64,000 nt of DNA from Phycisphaerae bacterium (GTDB lineage Bacteria > Planctomycetota > Phycisphaerae > UBA1845 > Fen-1342). Made by a program: the position numbers and the translations under genes. Position 1 is the stretch's first letter. Each line of letters begins with the position of its first letter. Below the pieces are notes generated by a model. That model worked only from the letters and a program-made list of their open reading frames with translations, was not told where the DNA came from and made no database searches. This document shows positions 29,869-40,394 of the stretch, one piece after another. The DNA is taken from contig JASFQK010000014.1 in assembly GCA_050115495.1 (NCBI GenBank), forward strand, positions 1-64,000, in the 5' to 3' direction.

Positions 29869-31800
29869 ATGGGTCTGATCCGTCTCCAGAACGTAACCAA
29901 GCAATTCGGCGACCGTGTCGTCCTCGACGACGTTTCGCTCGAACTGCACACGAACCAGACCGTCGGTCTCATCGGAGCCAACGGCTCGGGAAAAACGACC
30001 ATTCTCCGTCTCATCGCCGGCCTGCTGACCCCCGACACCGGCTCGGTCACCATCTCCCGCGGCCTCGACGTCGGCTACCTGCCGCAGGAGCCCGTCGCCG
30101 CCGGCGATCTCACCTTGCACGACGAAGTCCTCAGCGCCTTTGCCGACGTCCTCGCTCTCGAACAGAAGCTGCATGCTCTGTCCGAGAAAATGGCCGCTCA
30201 ACCCCCCGGACCAGCGCTCGACGACCTCATGGCTCAGTACGACCGCACCAACGCCCGGTTCGAGGCTGCCGGCGGCTACTCCTTTGAGCAACGCCTCGGC
30301 GAGATCCTCGGCGGTCTCGGCTTCCAGGCTGCCGACTATCAGCTCCCCGTATCCGTCCTTTCCGGCGGGCAGAAGTGCCGCGCCGCGCTGGCCAAGCTCC
30401 TCCTGCGCGATGCGCAGTTCCTCCTGCTCGACGAGCCGACCAACCACCTGGACATCGACGCCGTTCGCTGGCTCGAGAAATTCCTCGCCGGCCACCACGG
30501 CGGCGCCGTCATTATCTCGCACGATCGGTACCTGCTGGACCGCCTGGCCGACCGCATCGTCGAGGTCGCCGGCAGCCACACACGCTCCTTCCCTGGCAAT
30601 TATTCCAATTATGTCCATACGCGGGAGGTACGCGATCTGACGCAACGCCGTCAGTTCCAGCAGGACAAGGCCTTCATCGAGAAAGAACGAGCGTTCATCG
30701 CCAAGCACATGGGCAAGCAGCGTACCGCCGAGGCCAAAGGCCGCCTCGCCCGCCTCGAACGCCGCCTCAAAGCCGGCGAATTCACGCTCGAAAGGCCCGA
30801 GCATCAGGAACGTGTCCACCTCCGCTTCGGCAAGGACGCCGACCGCCTCCGCACCGGCCGCCCCGTCCTCGACGTCCAGGCCCTCAGCAAACGCTACGAC
30901 GAGAAGGTTCTCTTCGAGAATCTCACGTTCGATGTCGGCCCCGGCCAGCGCTTCGGCATTACCGGTCCCAACGGCACCGGCAAAACCACGCTGCTCCGCA
31001 TCGTCCTGGGCCAGACCCCGTCCGACACCGGCGAATTCCACTTCGCCCCCCAGGCCGCGGTCGGCTACTACGCCCAGGAGACCACCGAACTCGACCCCGA
31101 TCACTCCATCGTCCAGAGCATCCTCGCCACGCGCCCCGACATGCTCGAAAGCCAGGCCCGCAACTTCGCCGCCCGCTTTCTCTTCCGCGGTGAGGACGCC
31201 TTCAAGCTCGTGGGCAATCTCTCCGGCGGCGAGCAGTCCCGTGTCCGGCTAATGAAGATCATTCTCAGTTCGCCGAATGTGCTGATCCTCGACGAACCGA
31301 CCAACCACCTGGACATCCCCTCGCGCGAGGCCCTCGAAGACGCCCTCACCGAGTTCCCCGGCACGATCATCGCCGTCAGCCACGACCGCTACTTCCTCGA
31401 CCGGCTCTGCGAGCGGTTGCTCGTCATCCGCCACGCCGAGCACACCCTCTACGACGGCAACTACTCCTTCTACATCGGCCGTGTCGAGCAGCAGCGAGCC
31501 GCCGCCGAGGCCGCCGCAGCGGAGAAGCAGCCCCCCACCAAGGGCAAGGCCGCCCGCCAGGCCCGTGCCGCCCAGGCCACCGGCCCCGTCTCTCGTCTGG
31601 CCCACCTCAAGCTCGACCAGCTCGAGGACCTCATCATGAAGCTCGAGGTCGACGTGATGCATCTCCAGGAACGTTTCGGCGACCCGGCCCTCTACCATGA
31701 CGTCGAGGCTCTCGACGAGCTCAAGGACGAGTTCGAGGAAAAGAAAACCGACCTCGCCGAAGCCGAAGACGAATGGAACCGCCGCGCCGAAAAAGAGTAG
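29869..31800 (+). CDS. ABC-F family ATPase (Uup/YheS-like)
   Basis: Two ABC domains (GANGSGKTT, LSGGQ, LLLDEPTNHLD; GPNGTGKTT, LSGGE, ILDEPTNHLD), linker and C-terminal coiled coil; no TM. Confidence 0.93.
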   Translation: MGLIRLQNVTKQFGDRVVLDDVSLELHTNQTVGLIGANGSGKTTILRLIAGLLTPDTGSVTISRGLDVGYLPQEPVAAGDLTLHDEVLSAFADVLALEQKLHALSEKMAAQPPGPALDDLMAQYDRTNARFEAAGGYSFEQRLGEILGGLGFQAADYQLPVSVLSGGQKCRAALAKLLLRDAQFLLLDEPTNHLDIDAVRWLEKFLAGHHGGAVIISHDRYLLDRLADRIVEVAGSHTRSFPGNYSNYVHTREVRDLTQRRQFQQDKAFIEKERAFIAKHMGKQRTAEAKGRLARLERRLKAGEFTLERPEHQERVHLRFGKDADRLRTGRPVLDVQALSKRYDEKVLFENLTFDVGPGQRFGITGPNGTGKTTLLRIVLGQTPSDTGEFHFAPQAAVGYYAQETTELDPDHSIVQSILATRPDMLESQARNFAARFLFRGEDAFKLVGNLSGGEQSRVRLMKIILSSPNVLILDEPTNHLDIPSREALEDALTEFPGTIIAVSHDRYFLDRLCERLLVIRHAEHTLYDGNYSFYIGRVEQQRAAAEAAAAEKQPPTKGKAARQARAAQATGPVSRLAHLKLDQLEDLIMKLEVDVMHLQERFGDPALYHDVEALDELKDEFEEKKTDLAEAEDEWNRRAEKE

Positions 31801-31805
31801 CGTCG

Positions 31806-31880
31806 AAAAAGGGGACTGGCTCCGCCCCAACAACTCGGGTCTCTGCGACAGCTCTCCGCCGGCGGTGCCTGTCCCCTTTT
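31806..31880. repeat. REP-like family B (other copies ~33510-33620, ~43644-43720, degenerate ~44622-44696)
   Basis: AAAAGGGGACTGGCTCCG...GGTGCCTGTCCCCTTTT with inverted ends and a variable middle. Confidence 0.8.
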
Positions 31881-32131
31881 CCGACGCGCCAGCAACGCCC
31901 CATCGTCCCAACCGACCTCCGTGTCGGCCTTCGTCCGCCAACAACCACCCCCTCCCCCGACGAATCCCCGAGCGTAATCCCCCTTTGCCCCTCTGTTCCT
32001 TTGCTCCTTTGCCCCTTCCCCCACAATTCCCGACACACCCCCGCCCGCCACAATTGAATTCCCCCACCCCTCCCCCGTCCTCCCAGCAGAGACCCCGGCG
32101 AATGGTTCGACCGGCGGCCAAGGAGAACGCC

Positions 32132-32332
32132 ATGAACACCTACCTGCTGCCCCTGGATTTGGCGGTGCTGAGCTCGAGGCTCTCCCACGCCCTCGGCTGC
32201 CGGGTGACGGTGGCCGACGTGCGTGGCATCCTCCGCGGGCTTGGCCTGGTCGAGGGCCCGTTTGGTTGGCTCACCGAAGACGTCCGGCCGCTGATGTTGG
32301 CCTGTGTCGAACACGCCCGGGCCTCGGTATGA
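32132..32332 (+). CDS. Small hypothetical protein (66 aa)
   Basis: AAGGAG RBS before ATG; protein-like composition. Confidence 0.55.
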   Translation: MNTYLLPLDLAVLSSRLSHALGCRVTVADVRGILRGLGLVEGPFGWLTEDVRPLMLACVEHARASV

Positions 32333-32444
32333 CTCCTCCCCTCGCTCCGCCTTTGCCGCGCGGGTCGCCGGTCGCTATGCTCTAAGCGACGTGATCGGCG
32401 ACCTGCGTCGGCCTCCCGCCGGCGCCCCAACCTGAGGGCGAAGA

Positions 32445-33482
32445 ATGCTCACGCGTACCACGTTGCGTCTGCTGTGCACCGCCATTGCGGTGCTGGCTGT
32501 CTCGACCGCCGCCGGCGAGGACCGCTGGTGGGACACGGGCCACGCCCACATGACGGCCGGCGCCATCCCTCACCTGCCCCAGCCGTTGCGGGCCTTCTTC
32601 GAGGCCAACGCCGAGCGTATCGCCACCTTCTCCGGCGTCGAGCCCGCCGGCAGCCACTGGATCGACATCGACTACTACCCGGAGTTCTTCGCCGGCACGC
32701 TGCCCCACGACTACGACGAGCTCGTCGCCCTGTACAACGAGCACATCGTCCAGAACAACGGCACCGCCCCGTGGAACACGGCCTACTACATGGACATCCT
32801 GACGACGAACATGGCCGCCGCCGACAACGACTCCCGCTGGCTCGCCCTGCGCGGCCCGATCGCCATCGTCGCCCACTACGTCGAGGACATGCACAATCCG
32901 CTGCACATGACCCTCAACTACAACGGCCAGCTCACGGGCAACACCGGCATCCACGCCCGCTACGAGGGCAACATGGTCGTCCGCCATCTCGCCGGCGACC
33001 TGCCCATCACGCCGAACCCCACTTCCTGCCATTACCTGCCCTGGATCGTCGACAGCATCTTCGACGAGATCGACGTCAACTACTGGTACGTCAACGACAT
33101 CATGGCCGCCGACGACCTCGCCCGCGCCGCCGATCCCTCTTACGGCGAGACCTACTACGACGTCCTCTGGGCCGAGACCGGCGGCTTCACGCACCAGCTC
33201 TTCCAGGATGCCTCCGAGATGGTCGCCTGTGCCTGGTACACCGCCTGGATCGACGCCGGCGCCCCCATGCCGCTACCGGCTCCGTTCACCCGCGGCGACG
33301 TCAACTGCGACGGTGTCGTGAACAACTTCGACATCCCGCCCTTCGTCATGGCGTTGACCGACCCCGACGGCTACCAAGCCGCCTACCCCGCCTGTGGCCA
33401 CATGCTCGCCGACGTGGACGCCGACGGCCTCGTCACCAACTTCGACGTCGCCCCGTTCCTCGCCCTCCTAACCGGCGACTAG
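32445..33482 (+). CDS. Secreted S1/P1 nuclease / zinc phospholipase C-fold protein with dockerin-like domain
   Basis: WWDTGH, HWIDID, HYVEDMHNPLH and GIHARYE zinc-ligand motifs; C-terminal RGDVNCDGVVNNFDI...ADVDADGLVTNFDV. Confidence 0.85.
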   Translation: MLTRTTLRLLCTAIAVLAVSTAAGEDRWWDTGHAHMTAGAIPHLPQPLRAFFEANAERIATFSGVEPAGSHWIDIDYYPEFFAGTLPHDYDELVALYNEHIVQNNGTAPWNTAYYMDILTTNMAAADNDSRWLALRGPIAIVAHYVEDMHNPLHMTLNYNGQLTGNTGIHARYEGNMVVRHLAGDLPITPNPTSCHYLPWIVDSIFDEIDVNYWYVNDIMAADDLARAADPSYGETYYDVLWAETGGFTHQLFQDASEMVACAWYTAWIDAGAPMPLPAPFTRGDVNCDGVVNNFDIPPFVMALTDPDGYQAAYPACGHMLADVDADGLVTNFDVAPFLALLTGD

Positions 33483-34149
33483 TCCGAACGGTAGGTCGGG
33501 TCCAACGCCGAAAACGGGGACTGGCTCCGCCCCAACAACTTCGGTCTTTGCGACAACCCTCCGCCCGGAGAACTCGCCTTTCCGTCACAACCGTCCGCCG
33601 GCGGTGCCTGTCCCCTTTTTCGGCGCGCCAGCAACGCCCCCTCTGCCGCGTCATCCGCCATTCGAGTGTCGTTTCCGCCACAAGCAACCGGCGGCCACAG
33701 ACTGCACCACACTCGCTCGCCAGGAAATCACGCCAGACTTAATCCGATTTCCGCCCCTCAATCATCAAACGCTAATCCAACCCGCTTACATACCCCTCTC
33801 AAGATGTAGATAGTGTCTGGCTACCGTGCCTGAGACATGCCGTCGCACGCGTAGCGAGGGGAGTGATACCGGGAGGCGTCCTCACACCCCACCTGACACG
33901 AATCTCCTGCCGTTTACCGGAGGAGCAGTGGCTCTACACCGCACGCCGGTAGTGCGGTTGTCTCGCCACAGTCTGATGAGAGAGGCTTGGGCGCTGGAGG
34001 TGCCCACGAGAGAGGAAGGAGGCTACGCACAAGGTCTGAGTCTGGAGGAGGACTATTCGAGTCCTGTAGTGTTTGTTTGTCTGCTTACCTGGCGACCGGC
34101 GGAATCAAGCAGTTCAGCGCCGGCTCCGCCACGGAGGATGGAGTCAGAA

Positions 34150-35007
34150 ATGAAGAGAAGTATCTTTGCAGCAGTCTGCGTCGCCCTGTTCGCCGCCACG
34201 ACCTTCGGCGACATCATCGAAACCGGCAGCGTCCACTGGGACAGCGCCTCGATCGTGTACATCGGCTACGACGACGATGGCAGCATCGTCATCAATGATG
34301 ATAGCGACCTCGTCGGGATGGCAAACGCCTATCTCGGCCGCACCACCAGCCCCATCACCGCCGAACTGACCGTCACCGGCGCCGGCTCAACCTACAGCGG
34401 CGGCGTGTTGCAGGTCAGCTACTACTCGTTCACCCACGGCGTGCTGAATGTCACCGATGGCGGCAGTGTCGCCATCGCCAGCGCGGTTTTCGGCGCCGGT
34501 ACCGGCACCGACACCACCGTGAACATCACCGGCGGCGGCACAGTGACGGCCACCGGGGCCGTGAACATCGGCCGGGAGAGGAACTGCACGACCAATGTCC
34601 TGGTCAGCGGCGCCGGCTCGCTTCTGGATACGCCCACTCGCTTCATGATCGTCGGCTCGACCACCGCCACCGACACCGTCCTGACCGTCGAGAACGGCGG
34701 CCTGGTTCGCGCCAGGTCCCTGTACGTCTACGGCAACAACTACATCCGCGTCGGTCTCGGCGGCATGGTCGCCATGCTCGGCGACGTCGACAACTACGAC
34801 GACTTCGCCGCGCTCATGGGCGGCGATGAGACGATGTATTACTGGTCTTCCAGCGCCAACGACTGGGCGAACCTCGCCGACGCCACCCTCGGCGTCGACT
34901 ACACGCTGACGGTCGACGGCGGCTTCACGACCCTGACGGTCGTTCCCGAGCCGACGACGCTGGGCCTGCTGCTCGCAGCCGGCCTCGCCCTGCTCCGCCG
35001 TCGCTAG
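34150..35007 (+). CDS. PEP-CTERM protein with autotransporter-like beta-helix (T5SS/PEP-CTERM-associated) repeats
   Basis: Signal peptide; repeated G..LxVTGAGS / LNVTDGG units; VPEPTTLGLLLAAGLALLRRR. Confidence 0.9.
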   Translation: MKRSIFAAVCVALFAATTFGDIIETGSVHWDSASIVYIGYDDDGSIVINDDSDLVGMANAYLGRTTSPITAELTVTGAGSTYSGGVLQVSYYSFTHGVLNVTDGGSVAIASAVFGAGTGTDTTVNITGGGTVTATGAVNIGRERNCTTNVLVSGAGSLLDTPTRFMIVGSTTATDTVLTVENGGLVRARSLYVYGNNYIRVGLGGMVAMLGDVDNYDDFAALMGGDETMYYWSSSANDWANLADATLGVDYTLTVDGGFTTLTVVPEPTTLGLLLAAGLALLRRR

Positions 35008-35254
35008 GCCGCAGCGCTGCCCCTTCCTCAAACGTTGTGACGTGCCATTCGCAGGGGGCGGCTCCCCACCGGAGCCGCCCCGTGCGTCGGCTGTCGTTCG
35101 CCGCGCCAGCAACGCCCACCGTAGCGGCCGACCTCCGTGTCGGCCGTCGTCTGTCGACCAGCGCTGACTCCGCCAACCCACCCCCCGACCGCAGTGCCCC
35201 CCTGCCTCGGTACCCTGAGCGCAGTCGAAGGGGTTGCCTTCTTCCCTTCCCCCC

Positions 35255-38131
35255 TCACCCCACAACGATCGTCCGTCCATCCGCCAACGTCCACGCCCGC
35301 GCCGCCGCCACCGATCCCCCCTGCCGGAACCACCGGAACAACCGCACGTGCATCGCGTACGCCTCGCGCCGATCCAGCGCCCGCCGTGCCGCCTCGCTCA
35401 GCACCGGCGGCGTCGGATTCGCGCACACCCGTTGCATCGCGGCTGCCAGGTTCGCCACCACCTGCGGATGCTCCCGCCGCACGTACTGCCCGACATTGTC
35501 GGCGTCCACGTTGGCGATCGTCTCGTATACCGCCGGCACGAGCTGCGCCCCCACCATCGGCAGTACGTCCCGCGCCGACCCCACATCCGTCGCCACAATC
35601 CGCAAGCCCATGTACAGCGCCTCGGCCAGCGCCAGGCTCCACCCCTCCCAGAACGACGGCAGCACAAACGCATCCGCCGCCGCGTAGTAGCTCGCCACAT
35701 CGTCCGCGTACTCGGCGAAGATCACCGCCCCCTCGACATCGCCCCGCCGCATCTCCGCCCGAATCTCCTCCAGGTAATCCTCCTCCATCGCCTGCCCGAG
35801 GAAGACCACCTTCGCCGCCGGGTGAGCGCGCCGCACTTCGGCCAACGCCGCCACCACCAGCTTCTGCCCCTTGTCCCGGTAAATCGAACCTACGTTCAGG
35901 AAGGCGAAATCACCGTCGGCCAGGCCCAGTTTCGCCCGCACCCGCCGCCGCGCCGCCTCCCGGTCCGCCAGCGCCAGCCGCTCCGTGTCGATCCCGTTCG
36001 GCACGATGAGCATCCGCCGCACGTCGAGCCCGAGCCGCAGATCGCTGTACAGCGCCGTATTCCCCGACGTGCACAGGTACGCCGTCGTCGCCGCATCTGC
36101 CGCCCGGAACGCCGCCTGCTTCGCCGCCGGCAGCGACACATAGCTCGTATGCACCGTCTGCACGAACGGCAGCCCCATCTCCCGCGCGATGTCCGCTCCG
36201 AACGGCGTGAAATGCGCGTTGACCAATTCGATCCGCTCGTTGCTCAGCAGCCGCCGATACGCCGCCTCCCGCCCCGTCTCCGGCAACGAGAGAATCTCCA
36301 ACCCGAGCGCCCGTGCCTGCTGCACCGCGTGTCCCCGCCGACCTAGTACCAGCAACCGCGGCTCGAACCCCTCCTCGCGGAGAGTTTTCGCCACATCGAG
36401 CACCACCTGCTCGTAACCCCCCTGCACAAAGTGCTCCGCCTGCAACAGCACCCGCCGCCGACTACCCGGCACATCAAACGGCTCAGGAAGCTGCCGCCTC
36501 CGCTGCTCCGCCGGCACCGTCTCCTCATAGGACCCGCGGCTCCGCGCGAACGCCACCGCCAGGTCAAACAACGTCTGTCCCGGCGGCGACCGGAACACCG
36601 CCCGGTGCAGCAGCTTCAACCGCTCGACCACCTCGATCTGCCCCGCGAAACAGACGTCCACGAGCCCGCGCAATTCCCGCCGGCACAGATACGGCGACAA
36701 CGTCCGCTCATCGAACCACGCCGCTACGCACGCCCCCGCCGGCCGCGGCCGCTCGGCCAGCGCCGCGAGGCTATCCGCATGCACCAGCACCAGCGGCCGC
36801 TCGCCTTCCGCCGCCTCCATCCGCTCCAGCCGGCGAATCTCGTCTCCCGTCGTATCCACCTTCGCCAGCCACCGTCTTGTCCGCTCGTCGGCGTAGATCA
36901 CCGCCGGCTGTACCAGCGCCTCCCGCCGCCGCCGATCGCACGCCATCAGCCGCTGCACGCCTTCCAGGATGCGCAGCTCCACCGCCCGCGCGCTCAGCGT
37001 GTTATCGTGCACCCGGTACTGGTACACGCACTCGTCCGTATCCAGATGCGCGATCTCCACCAGCGAGTTCATCCGCATCCAGTAGTCGTAATCCTCCAGT
37101 CCCATTGTCGGTGTGTACTCCCCCGCCAGGCACCCCGCCCAGTCGCGGTACACGAACGCCGGCCCGATGAAGTTATCTTCGACCGTGTTCAACGGCGTCG
37201 GATCGTGCGGCAGGTGAATCGCCGGACTGTCCGCCACCGGCCGATTGTGCGGGCGGAACGATGGATCGTGCAGCGGCGCCCCGCGATCGTCGATCGCCAG
37301 GTAATTCCCGTAGACCATCGCCGTCTGCGGATGCCGCCGCAAATAGTCCACTTCGAGCGAAAGCTGCGACGGTTCCATCAGATTGTCGGCGGACGTCCAG
37401 CAACGGTACTGCCCGCTGGCGAATTCGAACCCGTTACTCAACGCTTTCGGCAGCCGCTGGTTCCGCTGTCGTAGCACGCGCACCCGCGGATCATCGACGT
37501 ACCGGGCGAGCACCGTCGCCACGTCGTCCGTCGATCCGTCGTCGAGCACGATCAACTCGAACTCGCCGTACGTCTGTTTCAGCACGCTCTCGATCGCGTC
37601 GCCCAGCAGGTTCGCCTGGTTGTAAACCGGCAGCACAACGCTCACCAGCCCCGGCGTTTCGACGTTCGGATCCTCACCCGGCCGGATGCGCGTCCGTTGC
37701 CGCTTGCCGCCCCGTTTCACCGCCGCCAGCCAGTCGTCCGGCCGCGTCCCCCGCCACCGCAACGGCCGCAGCACCGCCCGCCCGCCCGCCTGTAACAAGG
37801 CCCCCACGCCCTGTCGCGAGTGATAGCGCACCCGCCGCAGCTTATGCACCACCCACCGCGCCGCCGCCTCCCGCCGGCTCCCTCGCGGAAACGCAGTATG
37901 CCGAACGCGATACAGGACTTGCAGCAGCTTCCACCCCGTACCACCGGTGATCTCGCTCAGTTGCCCGCGCAGCACTTCCGCCTCATTGGCCCGCTCGTCG
38001 ACCTGCCGTTGCAGCCGCTCCACCTCCGCGCGCAATTCCTGCACCCGGTCGCGCAGCGCCTCGACCTCACGCGCCGTCGGCGATACCTCGCCGGCCTCCA
38101 ACTCGACCTGCTCTGTCGGCATCTCGTCCAC
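35255..38131 (-). CDS. Two-domain glycosyltransferase (GT2 + GT4) with N-terminal coiled coil
   Basis: VSVVLPVYNQ...LDDGSTD...SAD (GT-A) and FLNVGSIYRDKG...DAFVLPSFWEGWSLALAEA (GT-B). Confidence 0.9.
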   Translation of the reverse strand: MDEMPTEQVELEAGEVSPTAREVEALRDRVQELRAEVERLQRQVDERANEAEVLRGQLSEITGGTGWKLLQVLYRVRHTAFPRGSRREAAARWVVHKLRRVRYHSRQGVGALLQAGGRAVLRPLRWRGTRPDDWLAAVKRGGKRQRTRIRPGEDPNVETPGLVSVVLPVYNQANLLGDAIESVLKQTYGEFELIVLDDGSTDDVATVLARYVDDPRVRVLRQRNQRLPKALSNGFEFASGQYRCWTSADNLMEPSQLSLEVDYLRRHPQTAMVYGNYLAIDDRGAPLHDPSFRPHNRPVADSPAIHLPHDPTPLNTVEDNFIGPAFVYRDWAGCLAGEYTPTMGLEDYDYWMRMNSLVEIAHLDTDECVYQYRVHDNTLSARAVELRILEGVQRLMACDRRRREALVQPAVIYADERTRRWLAKVDTTGDEIRRLERMEAAEGERPLVLVHADSLAALAERPRPAGACVAAWFDERTLSPYLCRRELRGLVDVCFAGQIEVVERLKLLHRAVFRSPPGQTLFDLAVAFARSRGSYEETVPAEQRRRQLPEPFDVPGSRRRVLLQAEHFVQGGYEQVVLDVAKTLREEGFEPRLLVLGRRGHAVQQARALGLEILSLPETGREAAYRRLLSNERIELVNAHFTPFGADIAREMGLPFVQTVHTSYVSLPAAKQAAFRAADAATTAYLCTSGNTALYSDLRLGLDVRRMLIVPNGIDTERLALADREAARRRVRAKLGLADGDFAFLNVGSIYRDKGQKLVVAALAEVRRAHPAAKVVFLGQAMEEDYLEEIRAEMRRGDVEGAVIFAEYADDVASYYAAADAFVLPSFWEGWSLALAEALYMGLRIVATDVGSARDVLPMVGAQLVPAVYETIANVDADNVGQYVRREHPQVVANLAAAMQRVCANPTPPVLSEAARRALDRREAYAMHVRLFRWFRQGGSVAAARAWTLADGRTIVVG

Positions 38132-38359
38132 GAACCAGCCTCATCCACCCAGCATACTACCCGGCACCACGCCGTGCCCCGCACTATAGCCGCTACGAAC
38201 CCCCCGCTAAAGCACCCCCAGCCACCTCCAGCGCAGTCCGCCAAGGCGGCTCGCGCATGTGAGTTGTCGTGAGTCGGTCCGCGTGGGCCGGGCGTCCGAG
38301 CTTGTGACGCGATCCTCAACACTGGGTGGGGCAGGCGTCTCGCCTGCCGTCTTTGCCGA

Positions 38360-38857
38360 TCACGGCGGCGTGGGCGGCTCCCCCCGCGGATCATGACGCA
38401 GCGCCTGCCCGACCACCACCGCCGGCGTCTGCGTCGTGTCCAGTTCGAACGCCAGCGTCACACCCTTCCAGTACAGCGCCGGCGGCTGGCTCAGCATGAT
38501 CCCCGACTCCGGCGTCGGGCACCGCTCCCAGTAAATGAACGACAGCGTCGGGTCCGGCCAGCTTCCTTGCTCGACCGCCACGACGTCGTACCGCGCTACC
38601 CGCCACGTGTACTCCCAGTCGCCGCGTGTCTTCTTCCAGAACGCATCGCAGCTCCGGCACAGCGCCACCACCCGCGTATCCCCCGCCGCCACGGAGCCCT
38701 CGTACGGCAGCTCGTCGGCCAGCACCACGTTCACTTTCGGCAGCGGTCCCGGCGGCCGCGGCGGCCCACTGGAATAGCACCCGCCAGCCGCCACCAACGC
38801 GCCCACAACCAGCAACACCGCCAGCCGCTTCTGTCCGTTCAGAGACCCGCCGCGCAT
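38360..38857 (-). CDS. Hypothetical lipoprotein
   Basis: Hydrophobic signal ending AAGGC; GGGAGG RBS. Confidence 0.65.
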   Translation of the reverse strand: MRGGSLNGQKRLAVLLVVGALVAAGGCYSSGPPRPPGPLPKVNVVLADELPYEGSVAAGDTRVVALCRSCDAFWKKTRGDWEYTWRVARYDVVAVEQGSWPDPTLSFIYWERCPTPESGIMLSQPPALYWKGVTLAFELDTTQTPAVVVGQALRHDPRGEPPTPP

Positions 38858-39153
38858 CACCATCCTCCCACACTGTCGCCACCCCCGGCTCCACCGTTGG
38901 ACGCCCAACTCCCCCACCAGTTCCCGAGCCGGAGTCACCCCAATTGTAGGGCGGGCTCAGCCCGCCGACCGCTCCACCGCCCAAGCACGCCACTTCACTC
39001 AGAACCCGCCCGCTCGCCTCTTTGCCTCGTTACCTTGAGCGTAGTCGAAGGGGTTACCTCGTTACCTGCCCCACCTCTCCACCACCCAGTCCCACGCCAC
39101 CCACAACAACAGCCCGATCCCCCCGCACCAGTCCCGCAGCATGCTGACCGACG

Positions 39154-39555
39154 TCATCTCTGCTTCTCCGCTCCCTCCTCCCGAGTAAGCTCCGTCGCCT
39201 GCACCGCAATTCGCCGCGCCGCCGCCCGCCGTTCCTCCTCGCCGGCCTTCGCCTCGGCCTCGCGCTGCTCCCGGATCCGCTTCCCCTCGGCGATCGCCCG
39301 CAACTCCGCCTCCGCCGCAAGCTTGATCGCCACCCGGCGCCTGGCCTCCGCCTCCGGCGTCCACGGCAGCAACAGCGCCGCGATCAGCCCGATCGGCCCG
39401 AACAGCACACAGAGCCACGTGCAGGCCGGCCCGCGACCGGTCAGATTGTCCAGCCAGTTGCCGACAATCAACCATCCGACAATCCAGCCAACGCCCGCGA
39501 ACACGACCAACAGCACAATCGTCTGGATGTCCCGCGCCTCGCTTGCGATACACAC
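39154..39555 (-). CDS. Small membrane protein (2 TM + coiled coil)
   Basis: TM-GRG-TM (LFGPIGLIAALLLP) pattern followed by a charged helix. Confidence 0.6.
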   Translation of the reverse strand: MCIASEARDIQTIVLLVVFAGVGWIVGWLIVGNWLDNLTGRGPACTWLCVLFGPIGLIAALLLPWTPEAEARRRVAIKLAAEAELRAIAEGKRIREQREAEAKAGEEERRAAARRIAVQATELTREEGAEKQR

Positions 39556-39608
39556 GGCTCATCTCCCTGCCCCGGGTGCCATTGGTGGCTCGCCCACCAG
39601 TCCCCACC

Positions 39609-40121
39609 TCACATCCCAAACCGCGGCCGCGTCTGCACCTGCACGTATACGATCCTCCGCGCCTCCGCCGGCAGCATCAGCACCGACCCGCCCAGCATGC
39701 GCTTTTCCCGCGGCTGCAGTTGCTCGCCCCATAGATGATCCGTCGCCACCTCAAACTCGTGCTCGTCCAGCAACCGCACGTGCAGATCCGCGGTCACCAT
39801 TGCGTCCGTGACGTTGGTGACCTCCATCCGCCAGGAGACACGATAGACGTTGGGGTTGTCGTCCAATACGACGAACGTTGGATCGCTCCCCTCTACAAGA
39901 CTGCGCGACACCGTCATCGGCACGTGATCCGGGGCCGCCGATGGCTCATCCAACAACTGCGCCAACAACTCGAGCTCGTGCTGATACTCTCGCCCCTCTT
40001 CCACCCCGGCCGCATGCCCCACGTGCCAGCAGATGTACCCCGTCAGTGACAGCAGCGCTCCGATGACCAGAATCCACCGCCAGCGCCGCCACACCCAAAA
40101 TCGCAGGAAATCCACGTCCAT
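39609..40121 (-). CDS. Membrane-anchored protein with an Ig-like (FxLYD-like) domain
   Basis: N-terminal TM; VTNVTD...VRLLDEHEFEVATD...LQPRE pattern. Confidence 0.6.
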   Translation of the reverse strand: MDVDFLRFWVWRRWRWILVIGALLSLTGYICWHVGHAAGVEEGREYQHELELLAQLLDEPSAAPDHVPMTVSRSLVEGSDPTFVVLDDNPNVYRVSWRMEVTNVTDAMVTADLHVRLLDEHEFEVATDHLWGEQLQPREKRMLGGSVLMLPAEARRIVYVQVQTRPRFGM

Positions 40122-40394
40122 CCGTCACCCCGTCGGCGCATAATGTGGCATCACCAGCGGTCGGCGGCTCTGCCACGGAGGGTCACATCATGCACGTGTA
40201 CCGCGCCCAGGCCCATCAGTCCATCCCCACTGCCGAGACGGTCCTCGAGCCCTGAGCGCAGTCGAGGGGGTTGTTTTTTCAACACAACGGCCCCCGTCGT
40301 CGGCGTCACCCTCCGGCCGGACGCTGCCTCTCTGGAGGGGTTCACCTTGACGGGGGCCGAGCGTGCTCCGCCCATCGCTATATCCTTGTCGGCG

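Noticed and set aside
33973..33981. CTGATGAG hammerhead-like core
   Set aside because: No downstream GAAA with compatible stems could be found.
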